A DNA stretch of 64,000 bases, from assembly GCA_011364985.1 (NCBI GenBank), contig RDOC01000004.1:32001-96000 (forward strand), read 5' to 3'. The position numbers and the translations under genes are program-made. Positions 9,701 to 19,140 of this stretch are shown here, piece by piece. The stretch comes from Candidatus Thorarchaeota archaeon. Its GTDB lineage: Archaea > Asgardarchaeota > Thorarchaeia > Thorarchaeales > Thorarchaeaceae. Under the pieces are notes generated by a model, which saw only the letters and a program-made list of their open reading frames with translations, did no database searches and had not been told where the DNA came from. Positions within the stretch are counted from its first letter, which is position 1. Each line of letters begins with the position of its first letter.

Positions 9701-12112
9701 ATGAATCGCAAAAAGGTGATCTATCTTGCAGCTGTGGTAAGCATTGTTCTTTGTTTCATGCCCGTTGTAATGACACCCAGTGCAGCTATGGAAGAAAGGG
9801 TAACTTACATGGAATCAGACTTTGTATCAAAGAGCATTCTCTTTGACGAGTCGCACACCGATAATGGTAGCAGCCTTTGGACGCCAGGAAATGCGTCGCT
9901 CTTTAGTTGGATCTTGGAAGAGCACGGATACAACTCTACAACGAATTTCAATCAGCCACTTGATTCGGGCATTCTTACAGCCCACGATATTGTTGTGATT
10001 TTCTTTCCAATATTGGCCTTAACACCGGGGGAGATTTCAGCAGTCCAGACCTTTGTTGAATCTGGAGGTAGTCTCCTTGCTGTAGGAGTCAGTGCTGCAA
10101 ACACTTGGGAATTCACAGTCGAGAATCTGAATCCAATTGTTGAGCCTTGGGGAGTTGAGTTCAACTATGATAGCATCACAGAGGTAACCTCAGATTTTGT
10201 GACACATAATATAACGGAGGATGTAGACAGCATATGGACGTACGGTGATGAGCTATCAGCATGTACTTTGAATGTATCTGCTCCAGCATCTTCAATTATA
10301 CAGATATCGGGTAAGCCCCTACTGGCTGTTGCTCAACCGGGACTTGGAAGGCTTGTTGCAGCAGGATCGCCAGGTTCATTCTACATGTACCGTTTTGGAG
10401 CATCCATATATGGTGACTCTCACTTCCAGCTCTCAGTCAATATCATTGATTGGCTAGCACGTAATCCTCAAAGAGAGATTTCAATTCCCGAGATAGCTAC
10501 TGTAAAGCTTGGTAACAGTCCAGATCTCACAGACAACGAGATTGATGAATACAGTATTTTTACAGGACTGTGTCATGATCATACAACACACAGTGATGGT
10601 TTGAACACCCCTGAAGAAATGGTGACTGCAGGAGTCGAAATAGGCCTTGATTTCATGGTTCTTACGGACCATTCACATAGCATCGTACTGCCAATAGAAG
10701 GAATAACAGGAGCGCAAGCAGCAAAGGAGATTTCAGACAGGTATGGACTTGACATTGAGCAGTTTATAGCAGCGGAGCTGTCTTCTGTGTACCATACGGT
10801 TGGATTTCCATTAACTGAGAATATATGGACATCAGACCAACAAGAATCTGTCAATGAGATACATGCACAGGGAGGAATTGCGATACTATGCCATCCAACT
10901 CTCTCTTCAGGCTATGGACTTGTCTATGAGAAGATGGAGGAATATGGATACGACGCGGTGGAGATAAACAACCATGGTTACTTCTTTGGTGGCGGAGAAG
11001 ATGGATATCTATGGCCTTTTTGGGGAGCAAGTGATGGTCATTCAGCAAGCTATGTGGGCTACGTCATGAACGCTGCATTTGTCAAGGATCCCTCTGGGCC
11101 AAACGGGCAAATAACTGATGAGGATCTCAAGCAGGCTATTCTGGATCAAAGAATCTTGGTGTTGGACAAAAGAAACAACATGATTCTTGGCCAGGATATA
11201 TGGGTCGATAAGTTCATGGAACTCATAGCAGAGGCTGAAGAGGAATTGCAAGATGCGCGCACGATGATTACTGATCTTATCGATGAGGGAGAGGATGTGA
11301 GTCTGTCTGAAAGCTATCTAGATGCCGCTGAGATTGCACTTGAGTATTGGAATCCGACAAGAGCGCTTAAGCTCATACAGAACGCAACATCACCCGAAGC
11401 ACTGGGATTGGACTTCGAGATTGAAATACCAGACATAATGAGCCCTAATACAGATGTTAGCTTCGACATCGTAATGGACAACAACCACACATATGCTGTG
11501 TCTTTTAATACAAGCATCTTGCCACTGGCCGCTCTGAGTGTATCTACGCCTTGCCAAAGGTTCACTGCAGCAGCGGAAACGGCAACTTCTTTTGAACATG
11601 GGATACATACAATCAGTTTTGGAATGCCATCAATACTGCTCAATCTCTACGCATTTAATACCACCAGATATCTAATGCCTATCGCAATGAGAACGAGTGG
11701 TATCATTAACAATGTAACGTATATGATAAGCAAGCAGGACTCGGGCTATGATGTATCGATTACATGCTGGGTTGGAAGGACCGTGGCACCAACATTGAGT
11801 TCTGTCACCTTGATTTATAATGCAGAGACTGGGCAGCAGGAAGCTGAGATGCTTATGAGCTGGGCATCCTACGACCTGACCATAGGTTCCTATGCCAATG
11901 GAACGGAAATAGAATTCAGCGTTAGAATCGTAACCGATGACGGAATTACATACAACCTGCCCTCCATATCAATACAAGTTGGAGAAGTCGCCACGACGAC
12001 AACTACAACCACAACTACTACTACACCACCACCAGACACCTTATTGCTTGCTGCCATCGGGGTCGGGATCATTGTAATTCTAATCATTGCTGGGGTTATG
12101 CGGAAACGATAG
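9701..12112 (+). CDS. Surface-anchored PHP-family metallophosphoesterase with N-terminal GIFT/DUF4350-like domain
   Basis: ILFDESH domain; PHP motifs HDHTTHSDG, LTDH, LCHP, ASDGH; poly-Thr, TM, RKR. Confidence 0.8.
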   Translation: MNRKKVIYLAAVVSIVLCFMPVVMTPSAAMEERVTYMESDFVSKSILFDESHTDNGSSLWTPGNASLFSWILEEHGYNSTTNFNQPLDSGILTAHDIVVIFFPILALTPGEISAVQTFVESGGSLLAVGVSAANTWEFTVENLNPIVEPWGVEFNYDSITEVTSDFVTHNITEDVDSIWTYGDELSACTLNVSAPASSIIQISGKPLLAVAQPGLGRLVAAGSPGSFYMYRFGASIYGDSHFQLSVNIIDWLARNPQREISIPEIATVKLGNSPDLTDNEIDEYSIFTGLCHDHTTHSDGLNTPEEMVTAGVEIGLDFMVLTDHSHSIVLPIEGITGAQAAKEISDRYGLDIEQFIAAELSSVYHTVGFPLTENIWTSDQQESVNEIHAQGGIAILCHPTLSSGYGLVYEKMEEYGYDAVEINNHGYFFGGGEDGYLWPFWGASDGHSASYVGYVMNAAFVKDPSGPNGQITDEDLKQAILDQRILVLDKRNNMILGQDIWVDKFMELIAEAEEELQDARTMITDLIDEGEDVSLSESYLDAAEIALEYWNPTRALKLIQNATSPEALGLDFEIEIPDIMSPNTDVSFDIVMDNNHTYAVSFNTSILPLAALSVSTPCQRFTAAAETATSFEHGIHTISFGMPSILLNLYAFNTTRYLMPIAMRTSGIINNVTYMISKQDSGYDVSITCWVGRTVAPTLSSVTLIYNAETGQQEAEMLMSWASYDLTIGSYANGTEIEFSVRIVTDDGITYNLPSISIQVGEVATTTTTTTTTTTPPPDTLLLAAIGVGIIVILIIAGVMRKR

Positions 12113-12131
12113 ATTGGTGATAGCTCAAAGA

Positions 12132-12169
12132 GAGTCTGGAACATTCCCAGACTCCCCTTCTTTCTTTCT
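12132..12169 (+). terminator. Hairpin plus pyrimidine tract
   Basis: gagtctgg/ccagactc stem followed by ttctttctttct. Confidence 0.5.
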
Positions 12170-12380
12170 GAACCAAATCCTTACTGCACCCAGCAGTATA
12201 ATTCTTGATAATACGCTCAGCACACAATAGGAGAACTCCTGTCCCACGGTCGGCATCTCAATGCCCAATAACAAACATACTTGATGATTTAGTGGCTTTG
12301 CTGAGATTACCACCAGTGAAACTCGCTAGAAAAAGCAAGAGCAAACCACTTAATACAGCCCAGATATCAGGCTCTAGGTT

Positions 12381-14324
12381 ATGAGAAAAGGTGGTTTTGT
12401 TCTGGTTGTTCTTGTGTTTTCTATGACAGCGCTAGTAACGGTGGTGCCGGACCCCACACAGGTAAGAGCTTGGGGCTTAACAACACATCAATTCATTGTG
12501 TCTGAAGCAATGGATGCATTAAGCAATCAGACTTGGAGAGAGGCCTTCGATTTCTATGCTCCAGAGCTTTTAGCGGGCTCAATCACTCCTGACACTGCAT
12601 GGCAAGACTGGCACAATCACCTCTATTATCCAGAAACAGGAGAATATGATGCACCATATGCAGCAGGGAAATGGTACAATAATACGAGAGGCAATATGAC
12701 AGTAGGTAACTGGGAAGAGGCATTCTTCTCTATGGGTGTCATGAGTCATTATTTCGTTGACCCTCATATCCCAGTCCATACCGATGAGAATTGGATTGGC
12801 CACAGCGCATATGAAAGAGACATCAATGCTCATCTAGAGGACTTGGTGATTGGTATCTTGGCAGAAACACCTGCCGGAAATGTGAGTCAGATGGTTGTTG
12901 ACGGTGCCATGTATTCGCATCAGTTCTATGACATGGTCTACGAGGCGTATCCCGAAACGAATTCTGAGGCCTTGATGACGAACTCCACTATTAAGACCTT
13001 CACTGAAAACTGCCTAACAAAAGCAATCAATGGGACGCTTTCATTGTTCTACAATTTTACACAGTATGTGGAGCCACCTGATGTTTCTGTGTTCTACCAA
13101 TATGTTGCACTCTTTGACTATGCACACAGCAATGACTACACTGACTATTTTGGAGAAGATAAGCTCACTTCAGTGAACCAAACATTAGCTAGAAAGGGCT
13201 TCGAGATGAGGAAACAAACCACGGAGTTAACAGAGTCAGACCTCATTGGTGTAGACCTGTTCGTAGCTACTTGTGCATTGGATGCTTATATCACCTCCGA
13301 ATTGACAGCAATAGCTAACTGGGCATCGACCGGCAACAAATCGATTATTCTTGCTGCCCGAGGTGATTACGACTACTATACAGATATAGCTCAGCCAAAT
13401 CGAATTCTGGAATCTGTCGGATCTGATATAAGGTTCACCGACGACAATGTCTATATGGAAGGCACCCATAATCCTTGGTATAATGACATCTATACAATAC
13501 CAAGTCCAGAGGATACTTTGAATCTGACCTACGATGTGAGTGCAATCACATTCTTCTCTCCAACAAGTCTGTATTTCCTCGACGATTACCCTGTCCTACC
13601 TGTCATTTACGCAGATGTTACAGGCTACCAAACAGACCAAAGTCCTCCTGTGCCGAATACAATTTGGGATAATGTAATGGATGGAGTATTCGGCTACCAG
13701 ATACCCCTGACAGCAGTGGAAGAGATAGGCACCTTTAGACTGCTAGCTGCTGGCACGACCTTCTTTAGTGACTTCGACTACGGCGAAACCGAGATATTCG
13801 ACAACAATGTGTTCCTTGAAAACTTCTTAGACTGGGCGGTCGGAGACAGGAACACATTCAATGTACCGGCTGTGGACGAGATTGGTCCAAGAATCAGTAA
13901 TGTGAGCTGGACACCTTCGATTCCGGACTTGGGAAACTACGTAAATGTCACTGCAATCGTGACGGATCCAAGCGGTATCTTTAACGTGACTCTGTCTTAC
14001 AACAATGGGACTCACTGGATTCACTATCCGATGGAGGACAAGGGTAGTGTGCTTTATTCTGCATACTTCTCACAGAGTGATATAACCACGGTCAGTTTCA
14101 GAATTACAGCCTTCGACATCGCAGAGAATCGTGAAATAAGGACACCCTTTGACATAACATATAGTCTACCAACCACCACAACTACTACTATAACATATAG
14201 TCTACCAACCACCACAACTACTACTATAACAGATGGCGACATCGCGACCTGGCTGGTTATCGGAACGGGAGTATCTGCGGTCCTTGTTGTCCTTGTCATC
14301 ATTATCCTTCTTAGAAAGAGATAG
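12381..14324 (+). CDS. Surface-anchored Zn-dependent phospholipase C/S1-P1 family protein with GIFT-like domain
   Basis: Signal peptide ending VRA before WGLTTH; HNH, HYFVD, PVH, HSAYE Zn ligands; ALFDYAH domain; TM plus RKR. Confidence 0.8.
   Translation: MRKGGFVLVVLVFSMTALVTVVPDPTQVRAWGLTTHQFIVSEAMDALSNQTWREAFDFYAPELLAGSITPDTAWQDWHNHLYYPETGEYDAPYAAGKWYNNTRGNMTVGNWEEAFFSMGVMSHYFVDPHIPVHTDENWIGHSAYERDINAHLEDLVIGILAETPAGNVSQMVVDGAMYSHQFYDMVYEAYPETNSEALMTNSTIKTFTENCLTKAINGTLSLFYNFTQYVEPPDVSVFYQYVALFDYAHSNDYTDYFGEDKLTSVNQTLARKGFEMRKQTTELTESDLIGVDLFVATCALDAYITSELTAIANWASTGNKSIILAARGDYDYYTDIAQPNRILESVGSDIRFTDDNVYMEGTHNPWYNDIYTIPSPEDTLNLTYDVSAITFFSPTSLYFLDDYPVLPVIYADVTGYQTDQSPPVPNTIWDNVMDGVFGYQIPLTAVEEIGTFRLLAAGTTFFSDFDYGETEIFDNNVFLENFLDWAVGDRNTFNVPAVDEIGPRISNVSWTPSIPDLGNYVNVTAIVTDPSGIFNVTLSYNNGTHWIHYPMEDKGSVLYSAYFSQSDITTVSFRITAFDIAENREIRTPFDITYSLPTTTTTTITYSLPTTTTTTITDGDIATWLVIGTGVSAVLVVLVIIILLRKR
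14154..14231 (+). repeat. Perfect 36-bp in-frame tandem duplication (ITYSLPTTTTTT x2)
   Basis: ataacatatagtctaccaaccaccacaactactact at 14154-14189 and 14190-14225, plus a partial third ataaca. Confidence 0.95.
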
Positions 14325-14506
14325 TATCGTATGGAGGTGGTTCTTTGGACTGCCTCTATCACTTCTTTCAGTGAATAGACAGGCACTCGCTTATGACTCA
14401 AGTTTTGAAGGAAATCCTTCGATTTTTGGAAGAAGATGCAACTCGCATACCTTCATATTGAAGGAAATCAATTAACAATAGTAACACCATCCGTTGGTGT
14501 ATAGGG

Positions 14507-15133
14507 ATGTTTGACAGGTTGGTGCCTGAGGAAGTCGAGAAGAGAATAGAGGTCGACATTCTTCAGGCATTTGGATGGGCCATCATCGAGTTTGAAGCGG
14601 CGCTCTATCAGAAATATCTGCACCTATCTGGTCCAAGCTCTGTGATGACGGAAGAGGAATTCAGAAAACACTTGACTAGGATGCATGCAAAGGGTCTTGT
14701 GTCATCATTGGAATTCCATAGACGGAGAGCTTGGAAGAAGCTCGTTGCTGAGGCGGATACTGAGGAGTCTCTTGATGAAGAAAGTGTTCGGGAGATATTC
14801 GAACGAGCGAAGATATCTTCACGCCGAATTGGAATAGAGAGGAAGGTTCCTAGAGAAAAGCTGGTCACAGAATCCAGAGTCATAGCAGAGAGAATCCTTG
14901 AAGTTCTGCGAGATAAGGTCTTGAAGGGAGATCTATCCGATTCAGAAGCCTCGCAGCTCTTGCAGAAGCATATTGAAGGAATGCGTCAAGCGCTTGTTGG
15001 CTCACGTGGCGATTTTCTTAGGTATATCAAGAGATATCTCCCAATGATGGAAGTCCCACTTGAGCGAATACTGGAGGAAAAGGGAGATGATATGCTCCTC
15101 CTTGGCCTTCGAAGAATTGAGAGAGGACAGTGA
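14507..15133 (+). CDS. Hypothetical protein, probable N-terminal winged helix
   Basis: TEEEFRKHLTRMHAKGLVSS...AWKK wHTH-like pattern; helical C-terminus. Confidence 0.65.
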   Translation: MFDRLVPEEVEKRIEVDILQAFGWAIIEFEAALYQKYLHLSGPSSVMTEEEFRKHLTRMHAKGLVSSLEFHRRRAWKKLVAEADTEESLDEESVREIFERAKISSRRIGIERKVPREKLVTESRVIAERILEVLRDKVLKGDLSDSEASQLLQKHIEGMRQALVGSRGDFLRYIKRYLPMMEVPLERILEEKGDDMLLLGLRRIERGQ

Positions 15134-15134
15134 T

Positions 15135-16220
15135 TTAGAAAGCTCTGCTCGTCAAGAATCTTGAGAGATTGAGCATGAAATCCAAGTATTGTGACTTCAG
15201 GGGAGGCTTGGCCTTCCTGAGAGCATCCTGACCTTCTTCCAAGAGCTTGTTCATAATCTTCTCAGTAGATTTCAAAGCTCCTGATTCACGGAACACATCT
15301 CTGACCTTCTCAACTTCTTCATCGGTCATATCCTCCTTTCCGACTAGGTCTGTAAGCACTTGCTTTTGCTCAGGATTGGCGAGCTCCAGTGCCTTAATTA
15401 GAAGCATGGTTCGTTTTCCTTCACGAATATCGCCCGATGCAGATTTTCCCGTTTCTTCCTCATCTCCAAAGGACCCAAGAATATCGTCCTGCATTTGAAA
15501 TGCTTGGCCAATCTTTACACCGAATTCGCTAAATGCTTCAAGTTGTGATTCATTGGCGTTTGCCATGGCAGCGCCCATTAGCAATGCTTTCTCAAACAGG
15601 GCTGCGGTCTTAAGTCGAACCATTTCCAAGTAGGTTTCAGAGGACACATTGTCTGATAATACCATGTTCATTTCGAGAAGAACACCTTCAACAATCTCGC
15701 TGAAGCCTTGCTGGAAGTATGTATGGCATTTTGCGGCCACATCACCACTTAACTGGGAGGTGGTAATTGTTTCAGCTCCAAGATTAATCAGTGAATCACC
15801 ACCAAGGATTGCCATGGTCATTCCAAAGTCATCAGCTTTCTCTTGACCTGCCTCTGCCTTTTCTTTCAGCCAGTCTCGATACAAGGCATGAAATGTCGGT
15901 CCGTTTCGACGGGTTTCGTCATGGTCTATGAGATCATCATGAAGGAGTGAGCCATTGTGCAGAATCTCAAACGAGCAAGATGCACGATAGAGGAACTCGG
16001 TCTTTGGTTCACCTGCAACCGCCTTGTAGGCTGTCACTACAGCCAAGGGGCGCAGCCGTTTTCCTCCACGCATGACATATTCCCGTAGGTTGTCGTAGTA
16101 GAAATCATGGACAGGACCTAGGTAGTGTGCGGCATTTCGTTTCATCACAAGGAAATCATTCAAAGCCTTGTTTATTCTTTCTTGTTCTTCTTTCCACATT
16201 TCTTCGAACCCGCTCATCAT
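15135..16220 (-). CDS. Polyprenyl diphosphate synthase (IdsA/GGPPS family)
   Basis: GGKRLRP, first Asp-rich motif HDDLID, RR, KT, second motif QDDILG, GKSASGDIREGKRT. Confidence 0.92.
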   Translation of the reverse strand: MMSGFEEMWKEEQERINKALNDFLVMKRNAAHYLGPVHDFYYDNLREYVMRGGKRLRPLAVVTAYKAVAGEPKTEFLYRASCSFEILHNGSLLHDDLIDHDETRRNGPTFHALYRDWLKEKAEAGQEKADDFGMTMAILGGDSLINLGAETITTSQLSGDVAAKCHTYFQQGFSEIVEGVLLEMNMVLSDNVSSETYLEMVRLKTAALFEKALLMGAAMANANESQLEAFSEFGVKIGQAFQMQDDILGSFGDEEETGKSASGDIREGKRTMLLIKALELANPEQKQVLTDLVGKEDMTDEEVEKVRDVFRESGALKSTEKIMNKLLEEGQDALRKAKPPLKSQYLDFMLNLSRFLTSRAF

Positions 16221-16331
16221 CTAAAACCCCATTGTAATGACATGTTTCGCCACGCATTGAAACGCCTTTTTAGGGTTTCCAAAGCTGTCGAAGTTAGCTT
16301 AGAAAAAAAACGAAGGTCTGAGATGGTAGAT

Positions 16332-17708
16332 CTATTGACCTACAATCTCAGCTCCCGAAAATGCCATTGTCGGCATGACCCTATTTCCATGAACCTCTGG
16401 TTCTGCGGAAAACAGCACTTCCTTGTTGAGTGATTCGAAGAGATTCCCAACAAGCAAGGCATATTTCACTTTGGTCGTCAATTCGCCATTTTCGATTAGA
16501 CAGCCATTCCGAATCTCGTTTGAGAATGCGCCCGTAAAGGGATCGACCAGAGGATACGCAAAGTGCTCCACATAGATGCCCTTGTCCACCTCTCCAATTA
16601 ACTCATCATAGCTTTTCCCACTAGTAGGAATTTCTAGTGTTGTGGGGCTGCACCTGGTGGGGCTTGAGAAGGATCCTTGCGCATCACGTGGATTACGTCG
16701 GATACCATTGCCAGTAGATGCAAGGCCTACGATATTGGCATTGTAGCTATCAAAGAAGTATGACTTCAGTAAGCCTTTCTCGATGATTGGTGTCTTCTGC
16801 GTAGGAGTACCTTCGTCATCGATAATACCACTGAGAAGTCCCTTTTCGGATAGGCCATTATCAACTATGTTCACGCTCTCATGAGCCACGGCATCGCCAA
16901 CTTTGTCACTCCAGGGGCTGGACTTCCTGTTTACGAAGTCAGCAGAGGCTGTGAACTCCACTAGACTCCCAAGCATTTCGCTTCCTTCACTGGGAGCCAA
17001 CACAGCAACTATATTCTCCCACTTGTCTTTGAATGGTTCAGCTCTTATTACATCAAGAGCCTGTGATTGAAGCTTAGCACCAATCTTAGAGAAATCAATG
17101 TTGCCCAGCTTCTGCGACCAACAGCGTTGCACACCTTCGCCAACTGCGCCATTATTCTCTGCCTTGGCAGTGAAATACCCGAAGACCATACTAGACTTAG
17201 ACCATGCATCAACGCCAAGTGAATTTGCAGTATGAAATTCAATCGAGCTTGTCCTCAGAACGCCGTTCGGAACACCAACAGTTCTTGCAACAGCAGCATT
17301 GACAAGATTCATGGTGTGATCAAGTAGTACTTCTGCCTCAGCAGCACCAGTCGCGGAATCATAAAATTTCGTCGGGTTGCCAGATGCTTTCTTTGGGTCA
17401 GGCAGTGAAACAAACCTCGGATCTTCTGCACTATTCTCAGCCATTGATTTGGCTCTTTCAACCACGGCATTCATTGTTTCAGAAAGAAGCGTTGAACTTG
17501 TGAAGCCGATCTTTTTCCCGAGTATGTATTTGAGACCAACACCAAGTTCATCCTTTTTATCCGAGATCTTCGGAATATTATCATCAATATAGATACTTGA
17601 TGTCTTGGCAAATGCGACATACGCCTCAGCTTGAGACGCACCTGCTTTCTCTGCCTTGCTAACCAGTTGCGCGGCTACATCACTTACTTCCATACTAATC
17701 GCCTCCAA
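16332..17708 (-). CDS. pmbA: TldE/PmbA family protein
   Basis: DDEGTPTQ, STGNG, no HExxxH; downstream of tldD. Confidence 0.88.
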   Translation of the reverse strand: MEAISMEVSDVAAQLVSKAEKAGASQAEAYVAFAKTSSIYIDDNIPKISDKKDELGVGLKYILGKKIGFTSSTLLSETMNAVVERAKSMAENSAEDPRFVSLPDPKKASGNPTKFYDSATGAAEAEVLLDHTMNLVNAAVARTVGVPNGVLRTSSIEFHTANSLGVDAWSKSSMVFGYFTAKAENNGAVGEGVQRCWSQKLGNIDFSKIGAKLQSQALDVIRAEPFKDKWENIVAVLAPSEGSEMLGSLVEFTASADFVNRKSSPWSDKVGDAVAHESVNIVDNGLSEKGLLSGIIDDEGTPTQKTPIIEKGLLKSYFFDSYNANIVGLASTGNGIRRNPRDAQGSFSSPTRCSPTTLEIPTSGKSYDELIGEVDKGIYVEHFAYPLVDPFTGAFSNEIRNGCLIENGELTTKVKYALLVGNLFESLNKEVLFSAEPEVHGNRVMPTMAFSGAEIVGQ

Positions 17709-19092
17709 CGATAATCTCAGCTCTCATGTGAGGACCACCTGTGCTAACAGGAATCCAGTCTTCCTCACCTTTTCCACATGTACCTCCGGAGAAGTCAAGC
17801 TCCTTGCTCACTGCATCAACAGTCTTCAGAATATCAAGCACTTTGCCTGCCAATGTCACTGAACGAACAAGATCGGTCTTTTCACCATTCTTGATCACAT
17901 AGCCTTTGAGAGCGCTTACTTGAACACCTCCGCCGACCACATCTTCCATGCCAGACAAGCCTTTGAGAACATAGAGACCATCTTTGGTATCTTCAATCAT
18001 CTCTTCTGTGTTCCAGTCGCCAGGACCAAAGAAGGTGTTGGTCATCCGAGCAAATACACGGCGGTTATAGTCCTGCGCACGACCATTTCCGGTTGGCGTC
18101 ACATCCATTAGTGCTGCTGTTTCTAAGGTGTGTAAATACCCCTTGAAGAGTCCCTTCTCCATGATATAGGTCCTAGAACCCGGTGTTCCTTCAGAATCAA
18201 ATGGAATAGACCCAGTCTTCCCATCCAACGTGCTGTCATCTAGCATTGTAATCTGTTCGGTCCCCACTTTCTTACCTACCAATCCAGTTAAGAAGGAACG
18301 TCCTTTAACAACCTCATCAGCTTCGCTGCCATGTCCACAGACCTCATGTGCCACTATGCCAGCTAGTTCACTATCGAGAATTGTGGTGATCTTCCCTGAG
18401 GGAGGTCTTACAGCCTTTAGAAGATCTAGGGCCCCCCTTGCAGCTTTGGTAGAGAATTCGGTTGGATCAACATCACGAACTAATTCAAATCCACTCATAC
18501 TACCTTTGATGCCATAGTCATACTGCATTCGATCGCCTTCTCTAGCCACGGGATTTGTAGCGAAGTGCACACGGATTTCGTTCCATTGCAACTTAGCGCC
18601 TGAGCTATTGACAAGACGTGTTACGTTCTTGCTGTCTGTATAAGAGGAATTAGTATTAACGATGCGATCATCGATTTTCTGACCTTTATCCAGTTCTTTT
18701 GTGAACTCAATCTTTTCTTCAATTGATATCTTTTCAGGATCCTCTTTCACAGACTGCCAGACTGTCTTTTCTTCGGTGTTCATACCAAGCAGCTCAATCT
18801 TCTTTCGAGAGTATTTCGCATTTGCACTGGCAATTTTCTTAGCATCTTCTAGAAGCATTTGAAGGCGTTCAAGCGTCGCCTCTTTGGTTGTCGATGCTTG
18901 ACCCCAACATTCACCGATCAAGACTCGTGCCACTGTTCCCGCGCGGTTAGTCTGACTCATTCTTCTGAGATCACCATTAACAACCAAGACTTGCGTGCCA
19001 TCTCTGACTTCTTGTCGGAGATCGGCAAAAGATACTTCGCGGTCTGCGACGCTTTCAATGGCTTTCGACATTGTTTCAAGCATTATCCTCAC
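17695..19092 (-). CDS. tldD: TldD family metalloprotease
   Basis: HEVCGHGSEAD, FDSEG, TGNGR, RMTNT, CGKG. Confidence 0.92.
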   Translation of the reverse strand: MRIMLETMSKAIESVADREVSFADLRQEVRDGTQVLVVNGDLRRMSQTNRAGTVARVLIGECWGQASTTKEATLERLQMLLEDAKKIASANAKYSRKKIELLGMNTEEKTVWQSVKEDPEKISIEEKIEFTKELDKGQKIDDRIVNTNSSYTDSKNVTRLVNSSGAKLQWNEIRVHFATNPVAREGDRMQYDYGIKGSMSGFELVRDVDPTEFSTKAARGALDLLKAVRPPSGKITTILDSELAGIVAHEVCGHGSEADEVVKGRSFLTGLVGKKVGTEQITMLDDSTLDGKTGSIPFDSEGTPGSRTYIMEKGLFKGYLHTLETAALMDVTPTGNGRAQDYNRRVFARMTNTFFGPGDWNTEEMIEDTKDGLYVLKGLSGMEDVVGGGVQVSALKGYVIKNGEKTDLVRSVTLAGKVLDILKTVDAVSKELDFSGGTCGKGEEDWIPVSTGGPHMRAEIIVGGD

Positions 19093-19140
19093 TGATTTGG
19101 ATAAAAGGCAAGACTAAGATAAGGATTTGGAGCGGCGCAT

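Noticed and set aside
8114-14231. ACN-rich repeats as CRISPR or microsatellite arrays
   Set aside because: They are poly-Thr linker codons inside genes; no repeat-spacer pattern and no cas genes
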